A DNA stretch of 62,084 nt, counting the filler, from Choristocarpus tenellus KU-1152 (lineage: Eukaryota; Protista; Phaeophyceae): assembly GCA_964200185.2 (NCBI GenBank). It is 11 parts of 11 records of this genome, joined end to end, with 100 filler letters (N's around TTAATTAATTAA, not from the genome) between each part and the next. Parts side by side here need not be neighbours in the genome. Positions count along the whole stretch, not along the records: positions 25,118 to 36,924 come from CAXNAD020002129.1; positions 37,025 to 41,710 come from CAXNAD020013470.1; 9 more parts are not named here. One strand, written 5' to 3'. Below are positions 28,001 through 40,212 of this stretch, in pieces. Each line of letters begins with the position of its first letter. Within the stretch, counting starts at the first letter, position 1. The position numbers and the translations under genes are program-made. The notes below the pieces were generated by a model. That model was not told the origin of the DNA. It saw nothing but the letters and a program-made list of their open reading frames with translations, and made no database searches.

Positions 28001-29570
28001 TATGTATGTATGTGCATATATATACTGCCTCACTGTAATCCCTACACTCACATGGAAAGGGTGTTATATTGGCTTCATGTCCTCAGTAAACTCTTTCTTA
28101 CAATTGAGCAAAGTTTGAAAATTTGACATGAGGCCAAGGTATCATACGTATTGATAACAAGAATGTTTCCTATTATTCTGTGCGTTGCTCGTTATCGATA
28201 TAGTACAAAAATGAACTATGGCCATGGACTCCAGAAGTATGCCTTGTATGTTCAAGATTAATAGAATTTTTCATAATGAAATTGTAATCTACTTCTAGTA
28301 GAAAGACGTCTTGACGCATTTTCAGTGATGGCAAGATTATATAGGCTTCTTGTTTATGAATTGGCAAAATATTTAGTACTTCCAAGATCTTAAAAAAAAC
28401 GCTTTTCTTCCGGAGATCTTCAGTACTATTGGATAATATATTTCTAACGGACACTATCTTACGTGCACTATTATTTCGTCTTAATTGTTGTTTGTTACTA
28501 AACATTACTGAACTTTCTAGACTCTGCACTTGAAGTTGAATCTACAAGTAGCATGACACTTGGTACTTACAGTTGTAGCGGTAAAAGTGGGTTAGCTAAG
28601 ACCATTCTCTGGTAATATTAATAGTACTGTGGGTGAGATTTGATCCATTCAATGCAGCCGGTAAGAGACATGGGACGACGGGAGACAGGTAACTTTATGT
28701 GAGGAAGTCAGGGTATACTTGAAAGTAAAAATTCTTCTGTGGACAGTGGCATACGAATGCCCAGTATCTTGCTCTCATCTCAAGGAGTGAAGGAAGTTGA
28801 ATATGCAGCAATGGTGGTTTGGTCAAGGATCCACAACCCAGGAGCACAGATTTACAGTTTTGGTTGAATATGAAGTAATTGAAAGGATAATTAAAGGGTG
28901 TGTGAGAGAAGTAGCACTTCCATTTGCTTGGAAGCACTTGTTGAAGTGGTTGAGCGTTGCCAGAGGTGTTGTTGCTCATTGTCCCAGTTAGAGAGGTACA
29001 AGGATCCAGAAACGGTATGTACCCGAGGCGGAGGCTCTATTATCCAAACACAATGAGGATAATTGCTACAAAAAAGGTAGAAGGTACCAAAGTAACTTAC
29101 AACAGTAGAGTTCAAAACAAATACCCAGGAAGGGTATAGTGGTTGGGGTTTGTGGGTAGAGAACCGATGCCCTGTCCCTTCCCACATGTAAATGAGGGGG
29201 GAAGGGGGACAATGAAGGGTTATAGGATAAGTCATGTTATTAATCAGTAAGCATTTTTTAGTTGCGAGAGAGTCTACCAGGTCCCAAGTCCTCATTAAGA
29301 AGAGGGAAGCGAGTTTTAACTGGCAATTGCAAAAATGATAGTGTGGTTAGGACTGAGCACTTGGAAGTCACACTGGAGGAGGGTCTGATTGAGTGCATGT
29401 TAGTGGTGGTGGATACAGCAACCAACAAGGTGCAGACTAGGTGTGACTGAAAGTGTAGAATCACAGAACTTGCAGGTATGGAAGGCTCCCCTTATTCCTT
29501 GAGAGGCACAGAATCACATCCTTGAGGAATGGATAGCTGTCTCCTACGTAAGCTGGATTAAAAGATAACA

Positions 29571-29829
29571 GAGTGAAAGTTTCTTAGAGGGTATGAATTT
29601 TTCCCTGTTTATCCATTTGGGGCTTGGCTTCCCACGGATTTTTAATGGCATTTTACCTACTCCGAAATGTTTCGGAGTAGGTAAAATGTGTATGTTATGA
29701 AAAGGTGTGTTCAGAACAAGGATACTGACACTTCCTAACAAACAAAATAGCCAAATTTACATCGAAATCGCAACATTGGATTTTGGCCCCCAAACGAACG
29801 CGGCTCTACCCTCTAAGATACTTTGATTC
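29571..29829 (-). mobile_element. MITE family A, full length with perfect 4-bp TSD (AACA)
   Basis: AACA|GAGTGAAAGTTTCTTAGAGGGTA ... TACCCTCTAAGATACTTTGATTC|AACA. Confidence 0.92.
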
Positions 29830-29876
29830 AACACCATACACTGAGAACCCTAAACCTGATTACCAAAACTCGGACT

Positions 29877-30125
29877 GAGTCAAAGTATCTTAGAGGGTAA
29901 AGACTCGTCCGTTTGGGGGTCAAAATCCAATGTTGCGATTTTGATGTAATTTTGGCTATCGTCTTTGTTAGTATCCTTGTTCCTGACACACCGTTTCATA
30001 ACGTATACATTTTGCCTACTCACAGATATTTCGGAGTAGTAAAATATCATAAAACAACCCCATGGGAAGCCAATCCCAAATGGACAAATAGGGCAAGACT
30101 AGTACTCTCTAAGATACTTTTACTT
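29877..30125 (+). mobile_element. MITE family A, full length
   Basis: GAGTCAAAGTATCTTAGAGGGTA ... TACTCTCTAAGATACTTTTACTT. Confidence 0.9.
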
Positions 30126-30604
30126 ACTTCAACTACTGAAATGTTCACGTTAAACATAAGGATCTTTGCTAAAATCTCAACTTGTTCTATGTGTACTCTC
30201 CTCATGTACAATTACCCCAAATAGATATATCTTTTTGATGTTTGATGGGAAGGGAACCCCTCCAAAGGTACATTAGAGTCGTGTGGGAGCACGGGATAGA
30301 TCTGATTCAGTGTAGTGTCCAGTAGGGGGTCGCAGTGCACTCAATGATATATGAGTTTGGGTGTAATGACAAATGTAGATGTATGCAGAAAAACGTTGAA
30401 CTATACCGTGCACTACAAATCTAGAGCCATTCTTGTAGGAAGATCTATGGTATGTGATCAATATGCTAGAGCATTTCATTTTTTATGTGATGGGTGGGCA
30501 TCATAGCACAGGCATTGTGAAGAAAAGAGAAGCCTAGGCATATTCTCGAATGATGTATGCACCGACACTTTGGAGGAGTTTGATGTCGACTTAGTCCAAG
30601 CACA

Positions 30605-30700
30605 GAGTCAAAGTATCTCAGATGGTGGAGCCGTGTCCGTTTGGGGACCAAAATCCAATGTTGCGGTTTTGATGTAATTTTGGCTATCATGTTTGTTAGC
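30605..30700 (+). mobile_element. MITE family A 5' fragment
   Basis: GAGTCAAAGTATCTCAGATGGTGGAGCCGTGTCCGTTTGGGGACCAAAATCCAATGTTGCG... Confidence 0.85.
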
Positions 30701-31035
30701 GCTTGTCATCACCTCTTCGTTATCGGGATATGTTCTTCACAACATCTATTTTGACTTTCTTACACCAAACTGTTTAGTCTGAGATGCATTTCTCACAACA
30801 GAGTTACGGCCTCCCTCCAATCCATCCAGCTCACCCTGTTACTTTTGACTACAGAAATAGTTGGGACTGTTGCAGTCCATTTGCTGCTCTTCAAAGACTG
30901 TGTCACATATTTTCCCTTGTTGCAGCTGTGTGCAGAAGCAACAGAACCAGTCTACATAAAAAAAAGTTGCAGAGGTTCCAAGCAAAGATTCTAAAAGAAT
31001 CAGAAAAGACTGTGACTAGTAGCTACAGTTTTTTT

Positions 31036-33600
31036 TTACTCTCTCCCTTCCCCCTGGCTCCCTGTCAAAGGTGTATCCTCAGTTTCTCCTTCTCTGCTGC
31101 CTTTCAAACTCTTTGTATCTGCCTCTCCCTCAGAATCTGTCCAACTCCCACCCCCTAGAGACACCATGCTACTCTCGGGGACAACGTTCCCTGTTTCCCT
31201 TCCAGCCCTGTCCTCTTCCCCAAACAACATGAATCCTGAATCATCTCGACTCAGCTTGGACCATCCAGAGGCATCCACATGGTACACATTGATGAATCCG
31301 CCTACAGCAACACAGGGATCAGTGGATCGGTGGATGAACAGGTGGGTCAAACGTGGACTTACGCAAAGGTGCTCATGATCCCATATATACAGCTTTGTGT
31401 GCTTCTTAATCCATATGCCCATGCAAGTATAGGAAGTGATTCAGGCGTAGTTCTGTTGAGGTCAGGGCTGAGGGATGGGAGAGGATGATAAGCATGCAAT
31501 GTAGGGCAGACTTCAGCGCACAGTGTGGTGTGAAGAGGTCTACGCATAGAGACTGGGGCAGGTCTCACAGACATTGCGTCCGTACCCAATAAGGTACAGT
31601 GATAGATCACAAGATGCAGGCAGTAAGAAATCGAAAACCGTTATCAACATTAACTGAAAATGTACTCAATTGTTGTTGCTGACCTGAGGAAGCATCGCGG
31701 TATGTGGCATGTCGCACAGCCTTGCGTGCAAGTTCTGCAGCTTCACCAAGTGCCATATCTCTTCGGTAACCAGCATCGAGGATGCTGTAGGCATATGTAC
31801 TCCCAGATCTGGAATAAGCAAGGAGATGGATCGGTCAAGAGCTGGATATTTCGCATGGGTTCTGGTTCTATTGGATGGTGGGGGCATCTTAGGAGTAGAG
31901 GAAAGCAAGTATGGGGCTAGGGCACTAGTAGACTTGGGCTGGGGCTCATGTTGGGGGAGGGGCAGTGGTCCATGTAGAATGAGCGCTAGCATGATTGCAG
32001 CACCACGGGGTCAAGGTGCCAGTGTTGCAAAGAATGACACAATCTTGGAGGAAACTTGAGATGGACACGAGGTGACATTTGTTTCTTTCAGGGTTGCATG
32101 CATACTTTGCAAACCTATGTCAATGCAGTGTGCAAAATTCTATCACTGAAAGATGAGAGTCCAGCACTTTCTAAGTTCTATTATAGGAAAATGAAAAGCA
32201 GAAATTTTAAGCTTTGGGTGCTGCTGACACCCAAGCCAAGTCCCCTAGCGGGTGATAGGGAAATGGGTACTAGTATGGTTTTGTTGGGCTTCTAAATCTT
32301 AGCAACTGAATGTACGAGTTTACTCTCTTGTCTTGGGCAAGGCGCGTGTGCATAAAATAGAGTGTTTGACTAGCAGTAGTTGCAGCACAATGCCAGTAAA
32401 TGGGAATTGGTTGCCTTGGTCTGACTGCTGGCGCCATGCATTTTCGACTGAATGGTATGTCAAACATGTCACATCGGACTGGAACACTGACCCCACAGAG
32501 AAGTATTTTCCCTTGACCCTAGCGCCCTCACTATCCACATAGAATAGCTGCCCACCCCCCTCATCATCGTGTCCCATGACCATTGTTCCCACGGAGAGGC
32601 CGCGGCCCCGTTGCCCATGGAGAGTATTGGCCAGAACACGCGCGGCCGTCCTGACCGCCATTGGGCGACCATTTTTGGTCTCAAAGATCTTAGCCTGGAA
32701 GCAGCACATATGCAGTCGGCAGATCCTATCACAATCAATGAATCACCTATCAATCATCATGTCCTTGTACAAGGAAGGAAGACGATACTCTAGGATTTCG
32801 AAATATTGATCAAATGTGTTAACTTCTAAATAGGTAAGACTTCTGCGGAATCTCCTTGGTTCTCAACAAGCGTCTTGTGCATCCAATGCTGTGACGAGGA
32901 ACCGGCTGCTATCTGCTGTAGATACTACCATTAGCGGCAAGCTTCTAACCTGCATGCCGAGATAGCGTAGCCAGAACGTGCAGTCAGCTGCGCCCCCAGC
33001 CATGGTGCCAAGGATATGATCGGATACGGGTATCACCTGTGGAGGGTAATCGTGACCAACAAAAAATCCAGGTGAGCATATATGCAGATACTTTCACGTA
33101 AGAGGGGTAGACCCTTACAACACACAATAGCGTTTTCTATTCTTCCTTCGGGTAGATTGCAGGGGGTGGCTGTCCTATGGTGACTCTCCTGTTGATAAAG
33201 GAGAAGCAACTTGAACCATGTAACTCGCATGATCCCCAGAGCCATCCGGACGATGAAACTCTACCTTCATAGTCGTGCGCGATCCTACGAAGGAGCCCAT
33301 GCTCGCCCGAGAGTCTACGGCAGCAATGATCCCCCCGTCAAATACCATGGCAACTGTTGTCGTGCCGTGACTTAATCGCAACGGTTCAGCCCCTGGTGCG
33401 ACGACAGAATGTGGATCATTGCTATTGCTCAACGTCTGGGATAGCATAGATCCGAATATTCCACCGGAATGTACATCAGTACTGAAGCCATGAACTGTCC
33501 ACGAAGGGCCAGAGCACAACACCATTGAAAAACAAAACACAACTTTGAGTAGTGTTAGAGGAAAAGAGCATTGGGCGTTCCTTCCGAGACCCGAAAACAT
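31036..33600 (-). CDS. PSMB5: 20S proteasome beta5-type (chymotrypsin-like) subunit, divergent. Exons 33600-33265, 33036-32950, 32694-32492, 31808-31684, 31301-31036; 5' end uncertain
   Basis: Spliced: ..SHG|TTTVAMVFDGGIIAAVDSRASMG..TTMK/VIPVSDHILGTMAGGAADCTFW../..FSVG/SGSTYAYSILD..HATYRDASS/GGFINVYHV. Thr1, Asp17, Lys33 and Met45 fall at the canonical positions. Confidence 0.92.
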
Positions 33601-33948
33601 ACTTTGGGGTATAGGGCTTAGATAGGAGCATAAATGATAGGCAGTGGCTTTCAGTTGAGCATCAGGAGCGTCAGACGCTACTTCTGATCCAAACTTCGGG
33701 TCAGAAAGGAGGATAAAGGATGAAGTTAGTTGCAGTTGATGGGAGTTCGTATTATTCTCTCAGCCTTGTTCGGCATCCATTTTAAAAGTGGAAACGTTGT
33801 TTCCTATTTGTAAAGAAAGTACCAAGTCCTTGCGTGCAGTTGAAGGTTATAGAATTGGACTTGAAGTCGCGATTGGGAAGTGTGACCATCAGGTGGACTG
33901 CAAAGGAAGGAAGCGCCGTTAGACGACGGGCGGTTCTCCTTGTCAAGA

Positions 33949-36035
33949 ATGTCTCCCCCACCTGGATGGATGCTTGTCGCCATTCCTCTACTACCCTGCT
34001 TAGCTCTATTCGGATCCATCCGTGACTCTGACATACACCATCAGCTGCTCGCTAGCGCTGCGCTTGCGGGACTGGGGTTCCTATCGACGCTACTTGTTCT
34101 TCCAACTTTCACTCCGTTCCTTACTCGTAGAGGACTAACCGGCAAGGACCTCTGTAAAAAGGGAACTTCAGCTGCTGAAAAAATTATGTACGTGTGGGCG
34201 AGTAGAGGCGCGTTTGGGTGTCTCTCTGCTTATAATTAGACTGGAAGACGGAAGGGCCAGCGCCTTCTGCGCCGAATTCTGCAGCAGCAGTGTAGAGGGA
34301 ACGTTGTTAATGAGATTTTCGTTATCGTCCTATTTTTGCGCCTTGCTTTCCATGTTGCGCATGCGGTGATTCCTTAATGGTTTGCTACATCCATAGCTTT
34401 ATTGACCTAGAATCGCTAACACGACGTTTCCCTATTCATGTACGTGCATCGTCGGGATGGTCCCCACTTGCCGTCCTGGAGTAGCCCAGAGGGGACAGGG
34501 GTAATCGCTGGCACAGTGTTCTTCGTTTGTGTCGTTTTCTTACAGATCTTCTTCGGAAACTCCAAAGACAAGGTCAGTGATCTCTCAGTTGGTCCCCACC
34601 TTCTCCCGATACACACGTTGCTCTAGCACTCCTGTACAGGAGAGCTTTGCTAGTACTTTCATGTTTTTGTACCCTCTATCGTCCTCTTGGGGGGACCCTT
34701 GAACTTTCAAGAAGTCGCTGAGAAGCTGTGGTACTTGAAGCAACGACTCCAGTTATCAGGGACTGCTAGATCATGTATCATGATGCCTAATGGCTCACTC
34801 GGTAATGCCATTCACACCTCGTTCTTGTATCACCAAGAATTACATGTTTTGTGCCGCAAGTAGTTTGCTTTTGCGTTGTGGAAAGTAAACAGGTTGCACC
34901 CGTTTGAATGATTTGCCTTTCTACCACAAAGTGAAATTGTATATCATCAGAGAGAGCAATGCACTTGTTGAATTGAATAATATTTTAAAACCAACTGGAG
35001 ACATCTGACTGTTGCACAAATATCCACAGAGGTCCATCTGTATTTTATAGGCACACTCTAGTCCCATTAGTGCTTGAGCGACGCCTGTTGGCTGCGATGG
35101 CGTGTTATTATTCTCTTCCGCTCCTACCATCCCTCCACCACTAAAGAATCAGAAGGCCTACATGTGCCAAGCAAGTGCACTGTTAGCATCAACATTTCAC
35201 TCTAGTTTGGAGCTGTATGCCATATTCCCCAATTCCTCCTGCCGTACAAGATGGTGGACTACCACTCTGCTCTGTTGTCTATCTGTTTCATGATCTTCCT
35301 GGGCTTCACTGATGATGTGCTGGACTTGCCCTGGAGGTGAGAGTATCTGGATGCAATGGGGATAGTGGATTCATACTAAAAGGAATCACATAGCTGGGCT
35401 AGGCATTTCTTCATTTTCTTGACTTTTGCAGTTGATTTGTTTGAGTGTATGGTGATGATGGTAATTTTCCTCTTGTGATTAACAAATTGGTGCAAGCCAA
35501 GGGAGGGGAAAGTCCTTGTGGGGCAATAGATAGACGCCTGTGCTTACGGCTTAAAAATGATATAGTTCAGATGGATGGAATAAATGACGGTGTGTAGGTG
35601 CATGTGTGCAGAGGTGCACATTTCTATGCCAGTAGACAAAAGCATACTAGATATAGGGCACTTAGAGACCTTTCCCTTTTCTGAACACATTCAGAAATCC
35701 AAGAATTGAGGCGTTGTTGGATGTATGGTTGGATGGGCACGTACTTGGTATATTGGCAAAGTCCCCAGTGATGCGAGGCCATTCCCTTCACCAGGGGAAA
35801 TGTTCTCATCTATCCTCATCTGTTGCAATGAATGCCCACTTCCGTGCATTCTGCAGGGGTATTCCTCTATTTCTAGTGACCAACCGGTTCCCCTCTCTCC
35901 TCTCCCATGGTGCTGCTGCCCCCTCCCCTCCCCTTGACCAATGGTATTTGGAAGGTACAAGCTACTCCTCCCCACTGTCGCCACACTGCCACTGCTCTGC
36001 GCTTATGATGGGAGTACCACTGTGGTCCTTCCCAG
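33949..36035 (+). CDS. DPAGT1: UDP-GlcNAc:dolichyl-phosphate GlcNAc-1-phosphotransferase (ALG7/GPT), 3' end missing. Exons 33949-34187, 34485-34572, 35251-35336, 35955-36035
   Basis: Motifs [57 protein letters not shown]; GT-AG junctions in phase. Confidence 0.95.
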
Positions 36036-36236
36036 GTGCAAATAAGACCCAACCCTTCCAGGTCACATTATGTAATTTTTGTTATTACCTAAGAGGTTTT
36101 AGTTGTGCATGGAAATAGCCAACAGATTTCTAATAGCATTAGAAGACAGCACTTCTGTTCTATTATTCCAACTTGATCCTAACCTGGAACTCAAGGCTTA
36201 CCACTATCTGGACAAATCACTGGTTGTCGCCAAGAT

Positions 36237-36268
<32 letters not shown>

Positions 36269-36856
36269 TTAATAATATTTTTTTTCTGTGGGGAGGGGGG
36301 AGCGGTCAGGTGTTTGCTGGACACACGATTTTNNNNNNNNNNAACTCACGGGTTACCACTATTCGCAAAAATCCCTGGTTGGCGCCAAGATTTAACCCCC
36401 CCCCCCCCCCAACCCCAGACCTTTGAATAGTATCCTTATCGGAGATGGAGGGGACATGACACAGGTTTTGCAGACACTAGCATTTTTCTTCCATGTCACT
36501 ATGCCTGGTGCTGGGGGAAGAGGACTGGTGTTGATAGACTTAGGTGAGTAGGATAATGGGGGAGAAGGTTTTGGGGAATGAGGCATGGTGGCAACAGATT
36601 TTCAAGTACTTGATCCGTTTTTGCAAGGCAACTCACTCTGCGAGCTAAAGTTAGCAAGTAGGCTGCGAAAATCACGATTAAGTGTGATACCCACGTGTGC
36701 ACTTTCAAAGTAATTAAAGCGGTATCTTGATACTCTGGTGTAGATATAGGTACAAGGCGACATTTTATCAAACCAGATATCAAGACTAAGGACCCGAGAG
36801 TACGGGAGACTTAACTCTTACTGGGACCTTTTCTTACCAAGAGCAATTTGAATGTA

Positions 36857-36924
36857 GGTGTGTCCAGAACAAGGATATTGACACTTGCTCACAAACACGA
36901 TAGCCAAAATTACATCAAAATCGC
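36857..36924 (-). mobile_element. MITE family A internal fragment at contig end
   Basis: AGGTGTGTCCAGAACAAGGATATTGACACTTG...ATAGCCAAAATTACATCAAAATCGC. Confidence 0.8.
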
Positions 36925-38049
36925 NNNNNNNNNNNNNNNNNNNNNNNNNNNNNNNNNNNNNNNNNNNNTTAATTAATTAANNNNNNNNNNNNNNNNNNNN
37001 NNNNNNNNNNNNNNNNNNNNNNNNCGCCATGTCCATGGACTTCAGGGCCCACCTTCAACACAATCACCTAGACTTGACACAACAAGAGTTCTTCAATCTA
37101 TTCCTCACAGCGCGTCTGACCATTGTTTGGTGGTTGAGGGATCTCAGGGAAGAGGGAAATCTTTGGGAAGGGAAGGGTTTGGGCTCACAGCATAACGGTG
37201 TGTAGTGAGGACCGAAGCCCAAGACAATGAGTTCATCCAGAACGCCGTGGAGATGTTTGTGGAAGACCACGTAATACCTCTAGCCGGGAATACGGACAGT
37301 GTTAAGAATATGCTTTTATTCATGCGTAAAATATGATTCTGTGGGAGAAACGTTGAGTTGTTGAAGTATTGTTGGATAATGGGATAATTGATAGTAATGG
37401 TTTTGTCAGGTGACAACGGAAATATTTTCCGGTTTGTTATATATGTTATAGTACAACAAGAAGAATCTTAGAAAAGGAATATTGTAGCAAGTAATATAGC
37501 AAGTAATCATGGATTGAGTGACATGATATTAGAATATGTGAATCATAAGGTAATGACCTCCTTTGAGCTTTGAAGCTCACTCTCCTTTCTTACACCTTCC
37601 TTACTTCATGTATAACCTGTTCTGCATAATGAGGAATTTATCGAGTTATTTACATTCACAAGTCTTGGGAACACCAATTTCTTTAACAGACAGACCCTAG
37701 AGGTCCTCCATGTCTGGTCCAATGGCTGCGGGAGTCAGTTCAAGAACAGATAGCAGATGTGGTGGGTTTCTCAGTCTTTGGCGCGGATGGGAATTTTCGT
37801 CGTACACGACTTCTTTGCCTCCTGTCACAGCAAGTCCTTGTCCGATGGAGTTGGGGCTGAGGTGAAGTCTGCTGCCAGGAGACTGGAACTAGAAGGGGTG
37901 CGCATGCCAGGAACCTCATCCCTAGTGGAGACAATCAAGGCAACCAAAACACAATACTCCTTGAGGGATCCGACACCAGAGGAAGAGTGGCGCTACCGCA
38001 AAGGCCATAAGGTTCCTTCCGGACAGACAATCGTGACAAAGATAGGCAC

Positions 38050-39095
38050 CCTCCACATGACGATCCCCCCCACTCGGAAAGATCGGCCTCTGTTTGCCAC
38101 TGGCGACAACCAAAACCCGTACGCCCCTTGCCCACCTATACACCAAACACGCAATAGATACTGTTCAAAATTATGTCACATCCATGACTCCCTTCACATT
38201 GACACCATGCGCAGTATCAGAATCGCACTCATACGCAGTTCTCAATTGACCACATAGATAGTCTGTGCACACTTACAACCATCGCCGCCTTTTTGACAGA
38301 AGTCTGCCACCAAACTCGCGCAAAACTCGAAGTTATTATTTTCTTTCCAGTATCAGCGTCTACGATGTACCTGACCCTTGTTACAGGAATATGTAGCACA
38401 TGCACTACATGCATGATCCCCCCCACTCACAATAATCGGCGTCTTTTGCCACTGGCGACAACCCTAACCTTTACGCCCCTTGTCCACCAATACACTAAAC
38501 ACGCCATAGAAATCGTTGCAAAATGTGTCACATCCGTGCCTTCCCTTCACATCGACACCACATGCGACGTACTAATTGCATATACGCACTTCTCAATTGA
38601 CCGCAGACCGTCTGTGCACACTTTCAACCGTCGTCCTCTATTTTGCATAAGCCTACCAACCGACAAACTAACCCAAACTCTAAGTTATCGTTTTCTTCCC
38701 CATATTAATGTCTGTCGTTACCAAACGATTGTTACAGGAACAGTTAGAACATGTAAGACGTGCATGGTCCCCCCCACTGACAATAATCGGCCTCTGTTTG
38801 CCACTGGCGACGGACTCCCCCCTCCCGCCTCTTGCCAATCCATACACTAAACAAGCCATAGATACCGTTGACCCATTATATCACATCCATGCCTTCCTTC
38901 ACGTCGACACCACACGCGACGTGATAATCGAACATACGCACTTCTCAATCGACCACAGACCGTCTGTGCACACTTGCAATCATCTTAATCTATTTAGAAT
39001 AAGTCTGCCAATCGGCAAACTCGCGCAAAATTCCAATTTATTGTTTTCTTTCCCGTATCAACGTCTGTCATGTACCCATCACTTGTTGCAGGAAT
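38050..39095 (+). repeat. Three diverged tandem ~350-bp units inside the transposase region
   Basis: CATG..CCCCCCACT..ATCGGC..TTTGCCACTGGCGAC recurs near 38056, 38412 and 38763; each unit ends TTGTTRCAGGAA. Confidence 0.9.
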
Positions 39096-39147
39096 AGGTA
39101 GCAAAAACAAAACCCAAACCTCAGTGGCATAAAGTCCATGCACAGGT

Positions 39148-39395
39148 GAGTCAAAGTATCTTACAGGGTAGAGCCGCGTCCGTTTGGGGACCAAAACCCA
39201 ATGCTACTATTTTGATGTAATTTTTGATATCGTGTTGTTTGTTGGGAAGTGTCAATATCCTATTCATAACGTATACATTTTACCTACTTCGAAACGTTTT
39301 GGATTAGGTACAATGTCATAAACAAACCCCGTGGGAAGCCAAGCCCCAAACGGACAAACATGGCAAAACCCGTACCTTCTAAGATACTTTCACTC
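39148..39395 (+). mobile_element. MITE family A inserted in the transposase coding sequence
   Basis: AGGT|GAGTCAAAGTATCTTACAGGGTA ... TACCTTCTAAGATACTTTCACTC|AGTT. Confidence 0.9.
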
Positions 39396-40212
39396 AGTTC
39401 TTCACTGGTCAGCTCACCACCAGGGAGTCCCGTGCATTGATATACACCGAGCTGTCGTGCTACTGCACGAACTGTTCCGTCAGCAACCTGGCCCAACGCA
39501 GGTGGCAACTAACCTATGTGCCCCCGCTTAAGGAGATAGACCTTGGATTTTCCACGGAAACAGGAACGGGCGAGATGTGTCTGAGGAGCCAGCTGTCGAG
39601 GCAGACAGCTCGCTGGGGGGAACATATGCATTGTACAGACGCAGCCATCGGAGTACAATGGTATAGAGTTCTTGCCGTTCACTGTCCACCGCAAGGACAC
39701 GATTCAATGAAATGCAAGGCACCACTCCAGCTACGGAGGGATGTTCCGTGCTGGAGAGGAGGTGGTCTTTGTCACTGAAGACTTAGAGGCGCCAAGTGCT
39801 AGATTTGTTGATGAAGTGCCAACTATTCGCATGTCACGGACGGACAAGGTGAGATACGCTTCTTATTGTTACTAAGAGAACAATGTTCCAACGAATGAAT
39901 CCACACCGTCCATATACAGATGTTGCACATCCCCTGATATCCCCTCATATTCAAATAAATTCCCCCCATAACGTCCAACCCTGACATCCAAACCACAATA
40001 GTTCTTAGTGTCATTTTTTTCTCCTACTCTACAACCGCCATTGTAGACTTTCACATAACTTTTTTACAAGTTCCATAGGGTAAATAAGTGCATCCCATTC
40101 CTTCATCTCGCTGTCTAAGTGTATCCTCTATCCTAAAAAATACTCTCCATTCCTCACAACCAAAACAAACAACACCCCTATACAACCAAACAAGGCCATC
40201 AAGCGCAAACAC

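Larger units (their letters stand above)
37025..39780 (+). pseudogene. Decayed Sola2-like DDD transposase, interrupted by a probable intron, a satellite and a MITE
   Basis: Motifs in order: MDF..QQEFFN, SITVCSED..QDNEFI, LHVWS(N)GCGSQFKN, HDFFASCHSKSLSDGVGAEVK, GIKSMH(Q)FF, ELSCYCTNC. These match my recollection of the Sola2 pattern DF../SDG..SQFKN/FFATSHGK..DG.GG.VK/GT...HQF/SCYC. Frameshifts near 37150 and 37220; in-frame TAG at 37751. Confidence 0.75.

Noticed and set aside
36215-36415. Direct repeat TGGTTG.CGCCAAGATTTAACCCCC on both sides of an N10 gap
   Set aside because: Most likely the same locus assembled twice around a poly-C run
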